From NCBI GenBank assembly GCA_043228905.1, contig JBHGNT010000021.1:11904001-11968000 (forward strand): a stretch of 64,000 nucleotides of DNA, in the 5' to 3' direction. The stretch's first letter is position 1. Each line of letters starts with the position of its first letter. The position numbers and the translations under genes were made by a program. This stretch comes from Azolla caroliniana (Eukaryota; Plantae; Polypodiophyta). Positions 62,166 to 64,000 of the stretch are shown here, piece by piece. The notes beneath the pieces are model-generated. The model was not told the origin of the DNA. It was given only the letters and a program-made list of their open reading frames with translations, and ran no database searches.

Positions 62166-64000
62166 GCTTGCCTTGGAAGTGGCTTAATAAATAAATCAGC
62201 CACATTTTCTTGAGTAGGGCAATATGCCAAGTTGATGACTTGTGATTTCACTAAGTCACGAACAAAATGGTAGTGCACTTCGATGTGTCTTGTTCTACCA
62301 TGAAATGCTGAGCTATGTGCCAAGGCACGTGCACTTTGGCTATAAGTGAAAACTGCAATAGGAGAGGCTTGCAAAACACCAATGTGAGAAAACAATTGCA
62401 TCAACCATAGCAACTCACAGCAAGTATCCAAGTAAGCGCGATATTCAGCTTTCGTTGATGAAGTAGAAACTGAGTTTTGCTTCTTCGATTTCCAAGAAAT
62501 CAAGCCTGAACCTAACATAAAACAATAGCCAGATGTGGACCTTCTAGAATCAATATCACCTGCCCAATCAACATCTGAGTAGCCAACAAGCTCAATGCCG
62601 CCTCTAAAAGATAGACCATAGTCGAGTGTGTTGGCCAAATACCGAAGAACTCGAATAGCTGCTTGCCAATGACTTTGTCTTGGAGCAGTTGAGAATTGGC
62701 TGAGAATACTCACGCTATAGGACAAATCAGGCCTGGTATAAGTTAAGTGAAGAAGGGACCCGATTAATCTCCTATATTTCGTGATATCCTCAAATATGGG
62801 AGAATCGTCTTCACGAGATAGCTTTGAGTTTGGATCCATTGGACAGGAGAGTGGCTTGCAATTTGTCATGTTATAGGTCTCAAGGAGCTGCCTGAGATAC
62901 CTATGTTGGCTGAGAAAGATACCACCATGTGATTGATAGACCTCCATACCTATGAAATAATGGAGAAGTCCTAGATCAGTCATTTCAAAGGTTGTTTTGA
63001 GGTCAGCGCGGACCTCCTCGATTTTAGATGCAAGGGACCCAGTAATTAGAAGGTCGTCAACATATAATATGATCAAGCAAAGCAAATTATCTTGGGAAAA
63101 AACATAGAGATTGCTGTCAGCATTACAGTTTTGAAACCCAAGAGAAAGAAAGAAGCTATCAATTTTGTCATGCCAAGCTTTGGGAGCTTGCTTTAAGCCA
63201 TACAAGGCTTTGTGTAACTTGTAGACCATGTTTTTCTGCTCTAAAATCTCGAAACCTGGAGGCTGTTCAACATAAACCTCCTCTTTCAAGTCACCGTTAA
63301 GGAAGGCTGACTTGACATCCATTTGAAAAATGGCCCATTTGTTGTGAGCAGCAAGTGCAAGCGCACATCGGATAGATGTGTACCTTGCTGTTGGAGCAAA
63401 AGTTTCCTCATAATCCACTCCTTCAACTTGTGAGTAGCCTTTTGCCACTAAACGTGGCTTGTGCTTATCCAAAGTACCATCAGCATGGTATTTGGTCTTG
63501 AAAATCCATTTCAATCCAATGACTTGTCGATGTGGAGGCTGTGGGACCAGTTCCCATGTATGATTCCGCTCAATGGAATCAAGTTCAACTTCCATTGCTG
63601 CTTTCCACTTTGGAAGAACAAGGGCCTCTTTTGCTGTTGTGGGTTCTTTTGATTGCACAATAGTGCACAATAAGGCAAAGTTGCATGAGTGAAGAGGCCG
63701 TTGTGACTTACGTGTTCGAGAACCAGATGTATACTCATGAAGTTCAGCATCGGAGAGATGAGAATCACGAATGGTGGCTTGAAGCCACTTGGGAAGTGGT
63801 GGAAGCTGGTTTGTAGAGGGAGTGGAAACAAGTGGAGTTGAGGGAGAGGTTTGAATTGTTGGTGAAGTTAGAGATTGAGTAGGAGGAGATGGGGGGCTTG
63901 AAGATGAGACATCTTTGTCTAAAATAGGAGATTTCAGAGGAGCTTGGATTTCAACCATGAACTCAGGTAAAATCCTAGAGTCATCTGGCTGAGACTCCAC
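62081..64000 (-). mobile_element. Ty1/copia RT-RNase H, uninterrupted ORF continuing beyond the window
   Basis: WKAAM..E, KWIFKTK, RLVAKGYSQVEGVDYEETFAP, QMDVKSAFLNG, LYGLKQAP, LYVDDLL, TRPDL, DWAGDIDSRRSTSG, RTRHIEVHYHFVR. Confidence 0.95.

Overview
Eukaryotic, transposon-rich plant nuclear DNA. It is probably from a fern or another flagellate-sperm land plant; this is inferred from an intact Kintoun/PF13 gene, Tcn1-like chromoviruses and abundant (CT)n/(GT)n tracts. Four spliced host genes can be reconstructed: a UND/U-box/ARM E3 ligase (PUB2/3/4-like, -), Kintoun/DNAAF2 (+), the HscB Fe-S co-chaperone (-) and an RBM39/CAPER splicing factor (-). The rest is a nest of decayed Ty3/gypsy and Ty1/copia elements, two hAT-type and one pogo-like non-autonomous DNA transposon, and a degenerate inverted duplicate of the PUB first exon. 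The most notable object is a ~6.7 kb Penelope-like retroelement (50617-57293) inserted in a chromovirus pol gene. It has a ~20-bp TSD, inverted terminal repeats, no recognisable intact endonuclease and a minimal hammerhead ribozyme whose predicted cleavage site coincides with the boundary of the inverted repeat. Its host chromovirus has a self-priming (Tf1-type) PBS, and several LTRs in the window carry tRNA-like Pol III A/B-box modules. All coordinates were read by eye, and no database searches were run.
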